Of a stretch of DNA of 44,891 nt, positions 26,717 through 35,809 are shown in pieces. The stretch's first letter is position 1. Every line of letters starts with the position of its first letter. The DNA is taken from UHGV virus genome UHGV-0435695, one strand, 5' to 3'. Under the pieces are notes generated by a model. The model saw only the letters and a list, made by a program, of their open reading frames with translations. It did not search any database and was not told the DNA's origin. This DNA is from a virus. The position numbers and the translations under genes were made by a program.

Positions 26717-27019
26717 TTACTGCGTCTGCGCAAGGTATGAAATGAGCTTGTCTCTCGTTTTTTTTAACTGCTCCACGTTATTTCCGGAAATCTGGCTGTT
26801 GAGCATAGTAACCAGCGTTTCCATTATAAGGCTGTCCCGCTCCTTAATCTCCTTCATGGCCTCATAATCTCGCCTGTCATGCCGTTCTAGCGTTTCCACC
26901 CGGTCATTCAGTTTTATTGCTGGAGATATCCAATTATGTATGACTGCCACCGCACCACCGATAATGGAAATACCGCCACAGATAGCCAGGATTGTCTGTA
27001 TTATTTCCATTGCGCCCAT
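26717..27019 (-). CDS. Hypothetical N-terminal-TM, C-terminal coiled-coil small protein (BhlA/UviB-like architecture)
   Basis: TM segment MEIIQTILAICGGISIIGGAVAVI followed by a charged helical tail. Confidence 0.4.
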   Translation of the reverse strand: MGAMEIIQTILAICGGISIIGGAVAVIHNWISPAIKLNDRVETLERHDRRDYEAMKEIKERDSLIMETLVTMLNSQISGNNVEQLKKTRDKLISYLAQTQ

Positions 27020-27025
27020 TAAAAT

Positions 27026-28258
27026 TTACTCTCCTTTCGCATTCTGATACCGCCGCGCTGCTCCCCTGGCCCTTGCGGCTTGTTCCCGGTTCCATCTTGC
27101 AATCTGTAACCGTTCCTGCTGGGTGCGCAAGTTGTTCATTTTACAAAATTCGTTGTATGCCTTATTCTGCCGCTGTAGCAGATAAGATTTCCTGTCAAGC
27201 GTTTGTTGTAACTCAAGCCTTGACACATCGTCCTGGCATTTCTTCACAGCCTCTTGTAGCCCCATGACTTCCCGCTTAGTCTTGCGGACACGACGTTCAA
27301 GTGAACGTTGTCGCTGCTCTACTTCATACACTTTCCGGTTTTCTTCTGTGTCTATTGTGTCATATGGATTATTCTCTCCATCCCCCGGTCCAAAACTATG
27401 CCTGCAATTTACTCCACATAATCCAGTAATATCCCCATATCCAGTAGAATAATAGAAATCAGGAAACCTATGTCCGTATTGTGGAAGGCTGTAAAATTGT
27501 CCTTGCCAAAGTTCATGATTCTCTGGTATTCCTCCAATATTTCTTGCGCCTACATGTGCAGACACAAGCACGACTTCCCATTTCATTTCTTCCATGCGCT
27601 TTAATGTTATCTGTGCTGTTGCCTGTGATATACCTGTCCGCACAGCCCGCGCCGTAGCTGTTTCTATCGTGTCATTTCTTATGTCTCCAGTATTTTTACT
27701 TCTATACTGAATAAGAGTAATATCCCCACTGGCCACATTTTCTACAGCCTCTTTAACTGCTTGTGTATAAGATGTTGCTCCATTCATAACTTTGTTATAG
27801 GCCATATCGCACTCGTTAATAAATAATCTTTGAGCAGATTGCGCCGTTGTCCTAGTGTAGTTTTTCCATTCCCCCAGCGTTGCCCGATAATTCCGCTCCA
27901 TCAGCCGGATAAGTGCCGGGGATTGCGTCAGCGGCATGGGAGACAGGCCGGCAGCCTGGTATATCTTATCGTCATATTCAAGTGCTTTTATCCCGGCCTC
28001 CTCCATAGCCGCTTTAATCTCTTTTTCCTGCCGCTTGGTATACTTGGATAACTCTGCTGTTATATCCTCCAGCAGATACCCTGCGTCTTGCAATACCTGT
28101 ATGCGCCAGCGGTCGGATGATGTCAGCATGTAATCATCACCCCGTCCTATGCGTATTATCATACGGTCTACTATCTGCCGAATGACGTACTCGTGTAATT
28201 CAGAAGCTATCTGTTCCGTACCGTCTGCTATTTGTTGGAGGTAATGAGGGTCAAGCAT
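27026..28258 (-). CDS. Phage minor head / head morphogenesis protein (SPP1 gp7-like)
   Basis: 410 aa, directly downstream of the portal gene, with a basic coiled-coil C-terminus. Confidence 0.65.
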   Translation of the reverse strand: MLDPHYLQQIADGTEQIASELHEYVIRQIVDRMIIRIGRGDDYMLTSSDRWRIQVLQDAGYLLEDITAELSKYTKRQEKEIKAAMEEAGIKALEYDDKIYQAAGLSPMPLTQSPALIRLMERNYRATLGEWKNYTRTTAQSAQRLFINECDMAYNKVMNGATSYTQAVKEAVENVASGDITLIQYRSKNTGDIRNDTIETATARAVRTGISQATAQITLKRMEEMKWEVVLVSAHVGARNIGGIPENHELWQGQFYSLPQYGHRFPDFYYSTGYGDITGLCGVNCRHSFGPGDGENNPYDTIDTEENRKVYEVEQRQRSLERRVRKTKREVMGLQEAVKKCQDDVSRLELQQTLDRKSYLLQRQNKAYNEFCKMNNLRTQQERLQIARWNREQAARARGAARRYQNAKGE

Positions 28259-28261
28259 ATT

Positions 28262-29692
28262 TTATTCCTCCTGGAAAAATCCCGGTTCTTCTTTCGGCTG
28301 TGCCTCGTCTACAAGTGCCCTTGCCTCTTCTTCAGTCATTCCCTCGAATTTCATCAGATAATACCAGAACGGTATGCGGTTCTGCACAGCGTAAGCATAC
28401 CATTGTTGCTTATCGGCCTCATGCGAATATGTAATGTCCCCAAAGTTATAGACAATCTCATAGTTTCCAGCCGGAGCTAGTCCGTAGAGGTCTGCATATA
28501 CCGACATGGCATAGATAGCACCGTCCAGACAGCTTTCCAGCTTATCCCGCACATCTTTGATAAACTGGATTGTGCGCTGTTGCTCCGCCTCTACACCCGT
28601 TGCTGTCTGTATTCCGGTAGATTCGTTGAAAACGAAATATCCGTTGCTGAAACCGCATTTATATCCAATCTGGGACAGCAGAGCATTAATCCCGGATAAT
28701 CGGGTATCTGTGTTAAGCTGCGGGTTAATTTCCTGGTAAAAGTCATTCGGGCTACTTCCAAACACATTTTTAACATAATGCGGAAGTTTCACATCTGCTG
28801 GGCCACGCTTGTTCAGGTTCTGCCCGCTGTCAAACATCAGCCTATCATCTGCAAGGATAATCTTTTCGCTGTCGAATATTTCTCCGGCGTTTCGGCTGTA
28901 CGCAATATCAAGGTCTTTCATTTCCTCTATAGCCTCCGCAAATACCGGCAGCCCCAGCGGAGATGATATGTCAACGTTGTTCGCCTGCGGTGTGCGGAAT
29001 ACCCCAAACATAGGCCCGTCAAGGCGCTCGTCCCCGCCCTTGATAATCGGCGGCGTGTCTGCCATGAGGTCAGCCCATTTGGTAGCAGTAAGGGCTACCG
29101 GGTCGCCCAGGGAATCGGAATGACGGGACACATAAGCCCGGTTACTGATGTAGTACGGATAGATAGGGCCGCTCTCGGTTTGCGTTTCCACGAACCTGTG
29201 ATATTCCAGGCGGGTATAATATTTGTCATTGTCGGCATAGCTGTCTTTAAAGACAATCCCCGTAATATTCCCGTTGCTGTCGCACTCCGTCACGAAGAAA
29301 TCAAACGGCGTGAACATATCAAAGCCGCCGTCATTAGGCTTGATGATAACCGTACCATATGCGCAACCGTACTCTACCCAGTGCCGCAGCTTGAAATATA
29401 CCTTGTCAATCTGTTCCTGTAACCACGTCGCCCTTGCACTGCCGCCAATCTGTACCTTAATCGCCAGCGTTGCAAGTCTGGCCGTTTCGGAGCATACAGC
29501 CTTTGCGAAATTGATGGTCTTGATATTATCCTCTGTGCTTACCCACGCCGGGACGCCCAGGTAAATGTCGGCGCACTTTGAAATGACTGCCTCCATCGCC
29601 GGGGAAGTAATATCCTTTACATCAAAATCTTTCTCTGCCCTGTTTTTGAATATCATGCCTATCCACCTTTTTACTGTTGCTATCAGTCCCAT
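28262..29692 (-). CDS. Portal protein
   Basis: 476 aa, immediately after TerL, with an acidic C-terminus. Confidence 0.8.
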   Translation of the reverse strand: MGLIATVKRWIGMIFKNRAEKDFDVKDITSPAMEAVISKCADIYLGVPAWVSTEDNIKTINFAKAVCSETARLATLAIKVQIGGSARATWLQEQIDKVYFKLRHWVEYGCAYGTVIIKPNDGGFDMFTPFDFFVTECDSNGNITGIVFKDSYADNDKYYTRLEYHRFVETQTESGPIYPYYISNRAYVSRHSDSLGDPVALTATKWADLMADTPPIIKGGDERLDGPMFGVFRTPQANNVDISSPLGLPVFAEAIEEMKDLDIAYSRNAGEIFDSEKIILADDRLMFDSGQNLNKRGPADVKLPHYVKNVFGSSPNDFYQEINPQLNTDTRLSGINALLSQIGYKCGFSNGYFVFNESTGIQTATGVEAEQQRTIQFIKDVRDKLESCLDGAIYAMSVYADLYGLAPAGNYEIVYNFGDITYSHEADKQQWYAYAVQNRIPFWYYLMKFEGMTEEEARALVDEAQPKEEPGFFQEE

Positions 29693-29696
29693 TTAA

Positions 29697-29885
29697 TCAC
29701 CCAATCTTATCCGCTATTTTTTCTCCTATCCAAAACGCAATATCAAATGCACAAAAAATTAACAGGAGAAATAATACCAACGGCCATAAAAGCAGCGGAA
29801 GTGCTGAAGGATTTCCATTTACTTGCATAGCCCAAGAAAAAATAGTCCCGATTAGCAAATAAATCAAAATCAATATGTAAATCAT
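29697..29885 (-). CDS. Small 2-TM membrane protein
   Basis: ORF that is hydrophobic throughout. Confidence 0.35.
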   Translation of the reverse strand: MIYILILIYLLIGTIFSWAMQVNGNPSALPLLLWPLVLFLLLIFCAFDIAFWIGEKIADKIG

Positions 29886-31153
29886 GCGCTGTTTCCTCTC
29901 CTCATTGACAGTGGGCTTGTGGCGTACCGCAGGGCGTCTATCCAGTGGTTGTTGTGGTCTGGATAATCTGCAATCACTTCCCCGTTGCTGTCTACTTCAT
30001 GCTCATATTCTATAATTTCCTTGTACGCTCTCGGCGTTCTGGACGGGTCTATAACGATTGTCCGGCACTGTAGCCATTCAAAGGTATATTTCACGCTGCC
30101 CGGCCCAACGTTGGCTTGTCTTGCCGGAAGTCCAGCGTCCCGGAAGTCTACAATGCTTTCCTGTTCATCAGCGCCACAGCGGATTTCATAATCATCATAG
30201 CCCTTTTCCTTTATATCCTCTGCCATTTTGCTGTTGCGGATTTTACAGCCGCCCAGCTCGTCCAGCAGATAGATTGTTTCGGTATTATGGATATACGCCG
30301 CCCGGATAAAGGCTTTCGGGTCGGGATACCAGCCCCAATCTTGTCCTTGATAAATGCGCTCCATGCGGCTGATTTCCTCATCTGTAATCTCACGCACATC
30401 CAGCATGTCAAATATGTTTGTTCCAAGTCCAACCGGCCGGCCGAGATACTCGTGCTCATAGGCTCTCGGATTGGTAGCTTTCAGATGTTCCGCATCATCA
30501 ATAAACTGTTGCCCCAGCCATTCCCCCGGCACGCTTGTATAATCGCTATTGTGCCGGTAGCTGTCCTCTCTCGGCTCATTAACGTACACATTCGCCCAGT
30601 TGCTGCGACTGATGGGCGGGTTGAACGATTTGAAAACCGCAAACTTGCTGCCGCCACGGAGAACAGATTGTTGCACTGTTCGGATTTCTTCAATCCCAGC
30701 GAACTCATCCAATTCCTCAAACCATAGGTACTTAAAATAGCCCCGGCTCGTCTTGATGGACTTTGTTTTCTTTGCCTTATCCAGCCCTCGGAAGATGATT
30801 TTCTGTCCGGTAGGCTTATATACATACTGCATGGGACTTACGCTTGACGCCCACAGGTCATTTGACCCAAGCGCGTCAATCGCCCATGCAATCTGCTCAA
30901 AGACGGATTCCCTTAGGGTGTTTCCGACCTTACGGAACACTACCGCATTGCTGAAAACTCCGTCTTTTGCGTCCTGCATCATACCCAAGACAATTTCTAT
31001 CGATATAAAAGAGGACTTCGTTGACCCTCGCCCGCCGTACAGGTCATAATATGTATGATTACTGTCCAGGATATCCCAGTGAACGGTATAGAAGGATGGG
31101 GCGATTACATCAGTCAGATTTATTGTTGTCTGGTCTTGGTATGTTGTTGACAA
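29882..31153 (-). CDS. terL: Terminase large subunit (PBSX/XtmB-like)
   Basis: Walker A-like GGRGSTKS; 423 aa, following TerS. Confidence 0.85.
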   Translation of the reverse strand: MSTTYQDQTTINLTDVIAPSFYTVHWDILDSNHTYYDLYGGRGSTKSSFISIEIVLGMMQDAKDGVFSNAVVFRKVGNTLRESVFEQIAWAIDALGSNDLWASSVSPMQYVYKPTGQKIIFRGLDKAKKTKSIKTSRGYFKYLWFEELDEFAGIEEIRTVQQSVLRGGSKFAVFKSFNPPISRSNWANVYVNEPREDSYRHNSDYTSVPGEWLGQQFIDDAEHLKATNPRAYEHEYLGRPVGLGTNIFDMLDVREITDEEISRMERIYQGQDWGWYPDPKAFIRAAYIHNTETIYLLDELGGCKIRNSKMAEDIKEKGYDDYEIRCGADEQESIVDFRDAGLPARQANVGPGSVKYTFEWLQCRTIVIDPSRTPRAYKEIIEYEHEVDSNGEVIADYPDHNNHWIDALRYATSPLSMRRGNSA

Positions 31154-31508
31154 TGGTAATCCCGCCGCCCTCCTGCTTCTTGTCTGTATCTATTTTACGC
31201 TTTGCCAGTTCCACCGCCGCTTTGGTCCTCTCTGCCAAAGGAGCATCAAGGCCGAATTGGTCTTTTACTTCTCCTCGCATTACAGACGTAAGGTATTGCA
31301 ATATTTCAGCAGCATCAGCTATGCGGCAATCATCAATCTGTTTCTGTCGCTCAGAGATATATGCAGAAACCGTAGGCTTCCGTAAGTTTTCACGTCCTAT
31401 TGCGTCTGCTGTCCGTAAGCTGTAACCAGCCTTTCTCGCAGCTTCTGCCGCATTTCCACATTCTATGTAATAATCTGCAAACGCTTTCTGCTTTGGTGTA
31501 AGCTCCAC
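31110..31508 (-). CDS. terS: Terminase small subunit (Terminase_2 family)
   Basis: Begins MELTPKQKAFADYYIECGNAAEAARKAGYS. Confidence 0.8.
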   Translation of the reverse strand: MELTPKQKAFADYYIECGNAAEAARKAGYSLRTADAIGRENLRKPTVSAYISERQKQIDDCRIADAAEILQYLTSVMRGEVKDQFGLDAPLAERTKAAVELAKRKIDTDKKQEGGGITIVNNIPRPDNNKSD

Positions 31509-31697
31509 TTATCCACCATCCTTATCATACCTTCTGTTCCATGCATGTATAGCCTTTTTCCAACGGCAATAAAACGCTTGTATATCAAATGCTATACATC
31601 CCGGATTGCTACAGTGTATGCCTTTCAATCCGCCATTTCTTGTTTTTTCTGGACACCCGCCACAAAACGGACAAGGTAACAATTTTATCTTTTCCAT
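31509..31697 (-). CDS. Lar-family restriction alleviation zinc-finger protein
   Basis: MEKIKLLPCPFCGG...HCSNPGC motif; the RBS is GGAGG. Confidence 0.55.
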   Translation of the reverse strand: MEKIKLLPCPFCGGCPEKTRNGGLKGIHCSNPGCIAFDIQAFYCRWKKAIHAWNRRYDKDGG

Positions 31698-31948
31698 CCC
31701 TTCACCGCCTTCCATATCTCCTGCAAGCACTTTACAATCTCAATCCCAGATGCACTCCGCAATATTTCATAATCCCTTGTTTTCCATTCGCCATGTTTAT
31801 CCTGTTGCAGCACAGGAGTGCTTAATATCCATATGGTTATCATGCGCCCCTGTTCCTCGCTGTAGAATTGATTGGTGGATATCTTGATTACAAGTCTGGT
31901 CTGCAATATGGCACGCTGAAGCTTTTTCATAATCGAATTAAGATTCAT
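31685..31948 (-). CDS. Hypothetical protein
   Basis: ORF; start uncertain. Confidence 0.3.
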   Translation of the reverse strand: MNLNSIMKKLQRAILQTRLVIKISTNQFYSEEQGRMITIWILSTPVLQQDKHGEWKTRDYEILRSASGIEIVKCLQEIWKAVKGWKR

Positions 31949-32129
31949 CTTTTCTTTTTGCCTCACGGTATTCTTTACATACTTCCATATGTGAACACCA
32001 TATGGTTGCTGTTGTTTTTCTCGTAATATTAGAATCCATCATGTTTCTATATAATTCAGTTTCATTTTCGGCTTTTGCATTAATATGAACGCAGTTTTCA
32101 CAGCATCGCTTTAATAGATTAATAATCAT
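31938..32129 (-). CDS. Hypothetical small Cys-containing protein
   Basis: ORF. Confidence 0.3.
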   Translation of the reverse strand: MIINLLKRCCENCVHINAKAENETELYRNMMDSNITRKTTATIWCSHMEVCKEYREAKRKDES

Positions 32130-32204
32130 GTTTTTACCCCATGTGGTATAATAGTCCTATATTAATTTTACCATAAGTAGGACAATCAAACCGTCCCTCC
32201 ATTT

Positions 32205-32648
32205 TTACATACTTTTAATTCTAGTAATTGGTATGCCCAAAGCATTTGCTATTTTTTGTAATGATTCTATCTTTGGATTTCTGTCGCCTGATTCATATTT
32301 CTGTAAGGTAAAAACAGAAATTCCTGCTTTTTGCGCCAACTTTTCTTGTGTTAATTTTGCTTTTACTCTTGCTTCTTTTATTTGTTTTCCGGTATTAATA
32401 TTCATTTTGAAGTTTTTATCAACTGTCATAAACTCCATCCGTATCAATTCATCTATCGTCATATTAACTTCTTTACAAAATGAATATATCAAGTTAATGC
32501 TTGGTTCCCTGTATTCATTTTCATAGTTTGAGTAAGAAGAGCAAGATATTCCAAGTCTTATAGCCATTTCTTTTTGCGAAATACCCGTTTTTATTCTTAC
32601 TTGTTTCATTCTCTTACCTATTCTTATGTAATTATTTATTCCTACCAT
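32205..32648 (-). CDS. Tandem-HTH XRE-family transcriptional regulator
   Basis: Two HTH_XRE units: MKQVRIKTGISQKEMAIRLGIS and IKEARVKAKLTQEKLAQKAGIS. Confidence 0.7.
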   Translation of the reverse strand: MVGINNYIRIGKRMKQVRIKTGISQKEMAIRLGISCSSYSNYENEYREPSINLIYSFCKEVNMTIDELIRMEFMTVDKNFKMNINTGKQIKEARVKAKLTQEKLAQKAGISVFTLQKYESGDRNPKIESLQKIANALGIPITRIKSM

Positions 32649-32895
32649 ATTGCATATTCTCCATTCGTGTGAAAAAATCGTTTTCTACTCCTAAAGCAGT
32701 TACAAGTTTTTGCAATTGTTCATCTCTAGGAAGTGAATGGTTATTTTCATATCTGCGAATCTGTACTTCGTGAATGCCACTTTCGCTAGCAAGCTTTTTT
32801 TGCGTCCAACCCTTATTTTTTCTTAGGATACGGATGCTATCACCAATTCTTAATAACTCGCTTGCCTTTATGTGACTAATTGTCATCCTTTCCAC
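32632..32895 (-). CDS. XRE-family HTH regulator
   Basis: HTH segment LRKNKGWTQKKLASESGIHEVQIRRYENN. Confidence 0.7.
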   Translation of the reverse strand: MERMTISHIKASELLRIGDSIRILRKNKGWTQKKLASESGIHEVQIRRYENNHSLPRDEQLQKLVTALGVENDFFTRMENMQYGRNK

Positions 32896-33185
32896 CTCCC
32901 AAACAATGTCATTAACCGCCTGTATTCATCGAGCGTCTTTCTTTGATACCCATAGAAATCATCCCGCTTAATTGGTATGTTCTTCCTCTTACTCAGCTTG
33001 TCATATCCGATATTACCTACAAGGCTCTCATATATCTCAACTTCCAAGCCAGGAGCGGAGGATATGGCGCACTGGAACAATGTAAGCTTATCTTCTACGC
33101 TAGCGGTCTGGCAGTATTCTTTTATGCGCTTGGCTTCATCATCAGTAATACCATAGTCACTATAATTCTTGTCCCTGGTCCTCAT
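32883..33185 (-). CDS. Hypothetical protein
   Basis: ORF. Confidence 0.4.
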   Translation of the reverse strand: MRTRDKNYSDYGITDDEAKRIKEYCQTASVEDKLTLFQCAISSAPGLEVEIYESLVGNIGYDKLSKRKNIPIKRDDFYGYQRKTLDEYRRLMTLFGRWKG

Positions 33186-33426
33186 GGCTTTCCTTTCTAT
33201 ACATACACTTTCTCTTGCCGAACGAATGGTATGTGGCGTAGACTGTGCATAATACCGCTCCGTAACTCCCAGATAAGAAGAGTTGCAATATGTATCCGTT
33301 CTGATTGTCTATGCTGTCTTTCATTTCCATTGGCAGCGTATTGATTCGTTCAATCACTACGTCTACCAAGTTCTTTGTTAGCACTTTCCATCATTTCCAT
33401 TACATCGCTGCTCAGATAGTACGTAA

Positions 33427-33457
33427 AAGCCACTAATCTAATACTGATTAGTGGCTT
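33427..33457 (-). terminator. Perfect 12-bp stem hairpin (aagccactaatc / gattagtggctt, 7-nt loop) followed by a short T run on the minus strand
   Basis: Read directly. Confidence 0.4.
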
Positions 33458-33594
33458 CAATAAATTCTTTCATCATTTTTGATAATTGTTTGGCTTGCGT
33501 TGTTCCTGCCGCTTCACAAGCTTTTGCAAAATCCTCTACAAGCGTTTTATTAAGCTTATAGGACTTGCTAATTAATCCGGCTTTTTTCTGCCAT
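33438..33594 (-). pseudogene. Ribbon-helix-helix (CopG/Arc-like) small gene, apparently frameshifted at an A6 run
   Basis: The ATG at 33594 gives MAEKSRIN*. Removing one A restores MAEKAGLISKSYKLNKTLVEDFAKACEAAGTTQAKQLSKMMKEFIEATNQY. The stop lies in the loop of a perfect 12-bp hairpin. Confidence 0.35.
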
Positions 33595-34451
33595 CTTTCT
33601 TGCGGCGTTCCCCTTCATATTGTTTTCCATTCAAGTGTAATCCTATGATTTTCTTCATCATACCAGCTTAACAAAGCCGCCAGTAGACCCTTGTGAGGTT
33701 GCAATTCCTCACCTTTGTAAAACGTCGGGCAGGGCCGCAAGGCTCTTTTTTATTCCCAAAAGTTTTAAGTTAATGGGGTTACATTCCATATAGCATACTC
33801 ATGCGGGTCATTCTCTGCAATGTCTTCCCCGTCCATCGTTGCCGCTATATCATTAGCTTAACTTTCGTTTTCTACCTCAATCACAATTTATTTCAGTTTT
33901 TCAAAATAAAAACCACCAACCGTTATTGGTCAGTGGTTCTTACAGTCTCACTTTCATTGACTTCTTTTACTGCCTTGGAATATGCTTGCATCATATATAG
34001 CCAAGCATCACCTTGCGTTTTTTCGTAACTGCTTTCGCATTCTTTGTAATGTTTTTCGAGCCGTATCATTAATGAGTCTGCATCAATCAATCTCAAGGTA
34101 TCACCTCCAAAACTTATTATCCACTAACCAATATATTGTTGTCAATGTGCAAACCCAAATTTCACTGTTTTAGATGATAAAAACTTGTTACTTTGACTTT
34201 AAATCTTGTCCATGTCTTCCCATTTCGCTCAAAAATGCTTATCTCCATCTTACGCCTCCATCAAATTCTAATAATGTCAGTTTTGTTTAATTGAAAATGC
34301 AATATTCACGCTCAATTCCTTATCTCTAAAAGTAAAAATCAAATCGACATTATCTGTATTATTTTCTACACAACATTCCAACAAATCTGCTATATCAAGC
34401 ATAAATCCTTTTTAAAAATCTTTATCCATACATACCTCTCAAAATATTAAT

Positions 34452-34682
34452 TTAATCGCAAGAAGCTGCACTTGCATCCAACTCAATACCCTCCATCACT
34501 CCCTTCGGCAGCCGGCGCAGTCCCGGAACCGGGCACAGGCTGGTGTATGCATAGACCGGCATCCTGACGGACCATGTATCCGGCGGCGGCTCCCGGATGG
34601 CTGATTCCGCCAAAGCCGCTACAGCTGATGCCCGTAAAGCTTTGTTGGCCTTAGCCTGCTTACTGTCTGCTTTCTTTCTCAA
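34452..34682 (-). CDS. Hypothetical small Ala/Pro-rich protein in a local GC-rich island; TTG start with a strong GGGAGG RBS
   Basis: ORF-track ORF. The local GC content is clearly above that of its surroundings. Confidence 0.3.
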   Translation of the reverse strand: MRKKADSKQAKANKALRASAVAALAESAIREPPPDTWSVRMPVYAYTSLCPVPGLRRLPKGVMEGIELDASAASCD

Positions 34683-34715
34683 TTAGGTACCTCCCTTCGT
34701 ATCACAAATGTCAGT

Positions 34716-35036
34716 TTAATGTGTCAATGATGACTTACTTACCAACCCAATTTTTCTCATTTTTTTCATAAATAACTTCATTTCGTAATATGTAAGTCCG
34801 GCACAGGTGTTACCAATCTTCTTATTGTCCATCAAATCTTTATCATATGACTGAATAATGTGTTTACCTGATTTTTTATGTAATAAATCAACGCATTGTG
34901 TATACTTATATTTTTTATTGTATCTTTCGTAACAGGCTCCGTATTCATCGTCTGATACCTTTGTAAATCCAATTTCTTTTAACTTGTCATCAATATTTTT
35001 AAATAATTTCATCATGTATTCCTCTTTCTCCGACAC
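34716..35036 (-). CDS. Hypothetical Lys-rich protein
   Basis: ORF. Confidence 0.45.
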   Translation of the reverse strand: MSEKEEYMMKLFKNIDDKLKEIGFTKVSDDEYGACYERYNKKYKYTQCVDLLHKKSGKHIIQSYDKDLMDNKKIGNTCAGLTYYEMKLFMKKMRKIGLVSKSSLTH

Positions 35037-35055
35037 TCAGCAGTCGGCTGCTAAT

Positions 35056-35223
35056 ATTAACTTACAGTTACAGTCTCAGTGCAAGCTGGGCATTTAATAC
35101 GTTTTTCCCATTCATTCCAGTCTACCTGATAAGTTTCCAAATCATTATTGTCAAACTCCAATACTGCTCCACAGTGATTGCATGTTACTCGGCGCTTCTG
35201 GCCATACTTAATTACTTTCACCA
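35056..35223 (-). CDS. Small C4 zinc-ribbon protein
   Basis: The 55-aa product is MVKVIKYGQKRRVTCNHCGAV...KCPACTETVTVS, with a GAGGTG RBS. Below the ORF-track cutoff. Confidence 0.45.
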
Positions 35224-35248
35224 TCTCTTTCACCTCAAAATCTTAATA

Positions 35249-35440
35249 TTACGGAAGTGGATAAGCCACAGGCGCATCAATAACTAATTGTTTTAAAGCT
35301 GTTCTTTCGTTAAGCTGGGCCACATATCGCATATAGCAAGGGCTTGATGATGGAGTATCACGAACCCTGTTTCTGGCTAATTCTTCTAGCCTTACAATTT
35401 CATTGTACAGAGCCTCACGGCTGATTAAATCATTGCTCAT
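35249..35440 (-). CDS. Hypothetical small protein
   Basis: Start MSNDLISREALYNEI; the RBS is GAGGGAG. Confidence 0.45.
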   Translation of the reverse strand: MSNDLISREALYNEIVRLEELARNRVRDTPSSSPCYMRYVAQLNERTALKQLVIDAPVAYPLP

Positions 35441-35457
35441 TTTTTCTCCCTCAAATT

Positions 35458-35643
35458 TTAATTTATTGTATCCATCCACCTGCGAATATCGTCCGCCAGG
35501 GCTACATTATCTGTGGCATCCGCATAGGCCAATAAAGCCGCCTTTGCCGCCGGGTCCCTGTCCGGTCGAAGCACAAAACACTCATCCACGATGCTGTTAT
35601 CCGATACTTTATACACATTGTATTTAACTTTCAATCCGTCCAT
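35458..35643 (-). CDS. Conserved small phage protein
   Basis: Contains the CFVLRPDRDPAAKAALLAYADAT motif. Confidence 0.45.
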   Translation of the reverse strand: MDGLKVKYNVYKVSDNSIVDECFVLRPDRDPAAKAALLAYADATDNVALADDIRRWMDTIN

Positions 35644-35809
35644 AATGTCCTTCCCTCCGGTTCTCCCGGAAAAATCCTAATTGTTTCTGGTATAAAATCG
35701 CTTTCTTTTGTCTTTCTTTCGCCATAAAGGCAACCCATGCATTTTTCTGGCATTGTTAGTACCGTGGTATTTCATAACAGTTCCTTTCTACCGGCTCTCT
35801 GCCGAAATG

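Noticed and set aside
30116-31425. Plus-strand ORFs (203, 98 and 134 aa) overlapping terL and terS
   Set aside because: Shadow ORFs opposite strongly supported terminase genes.
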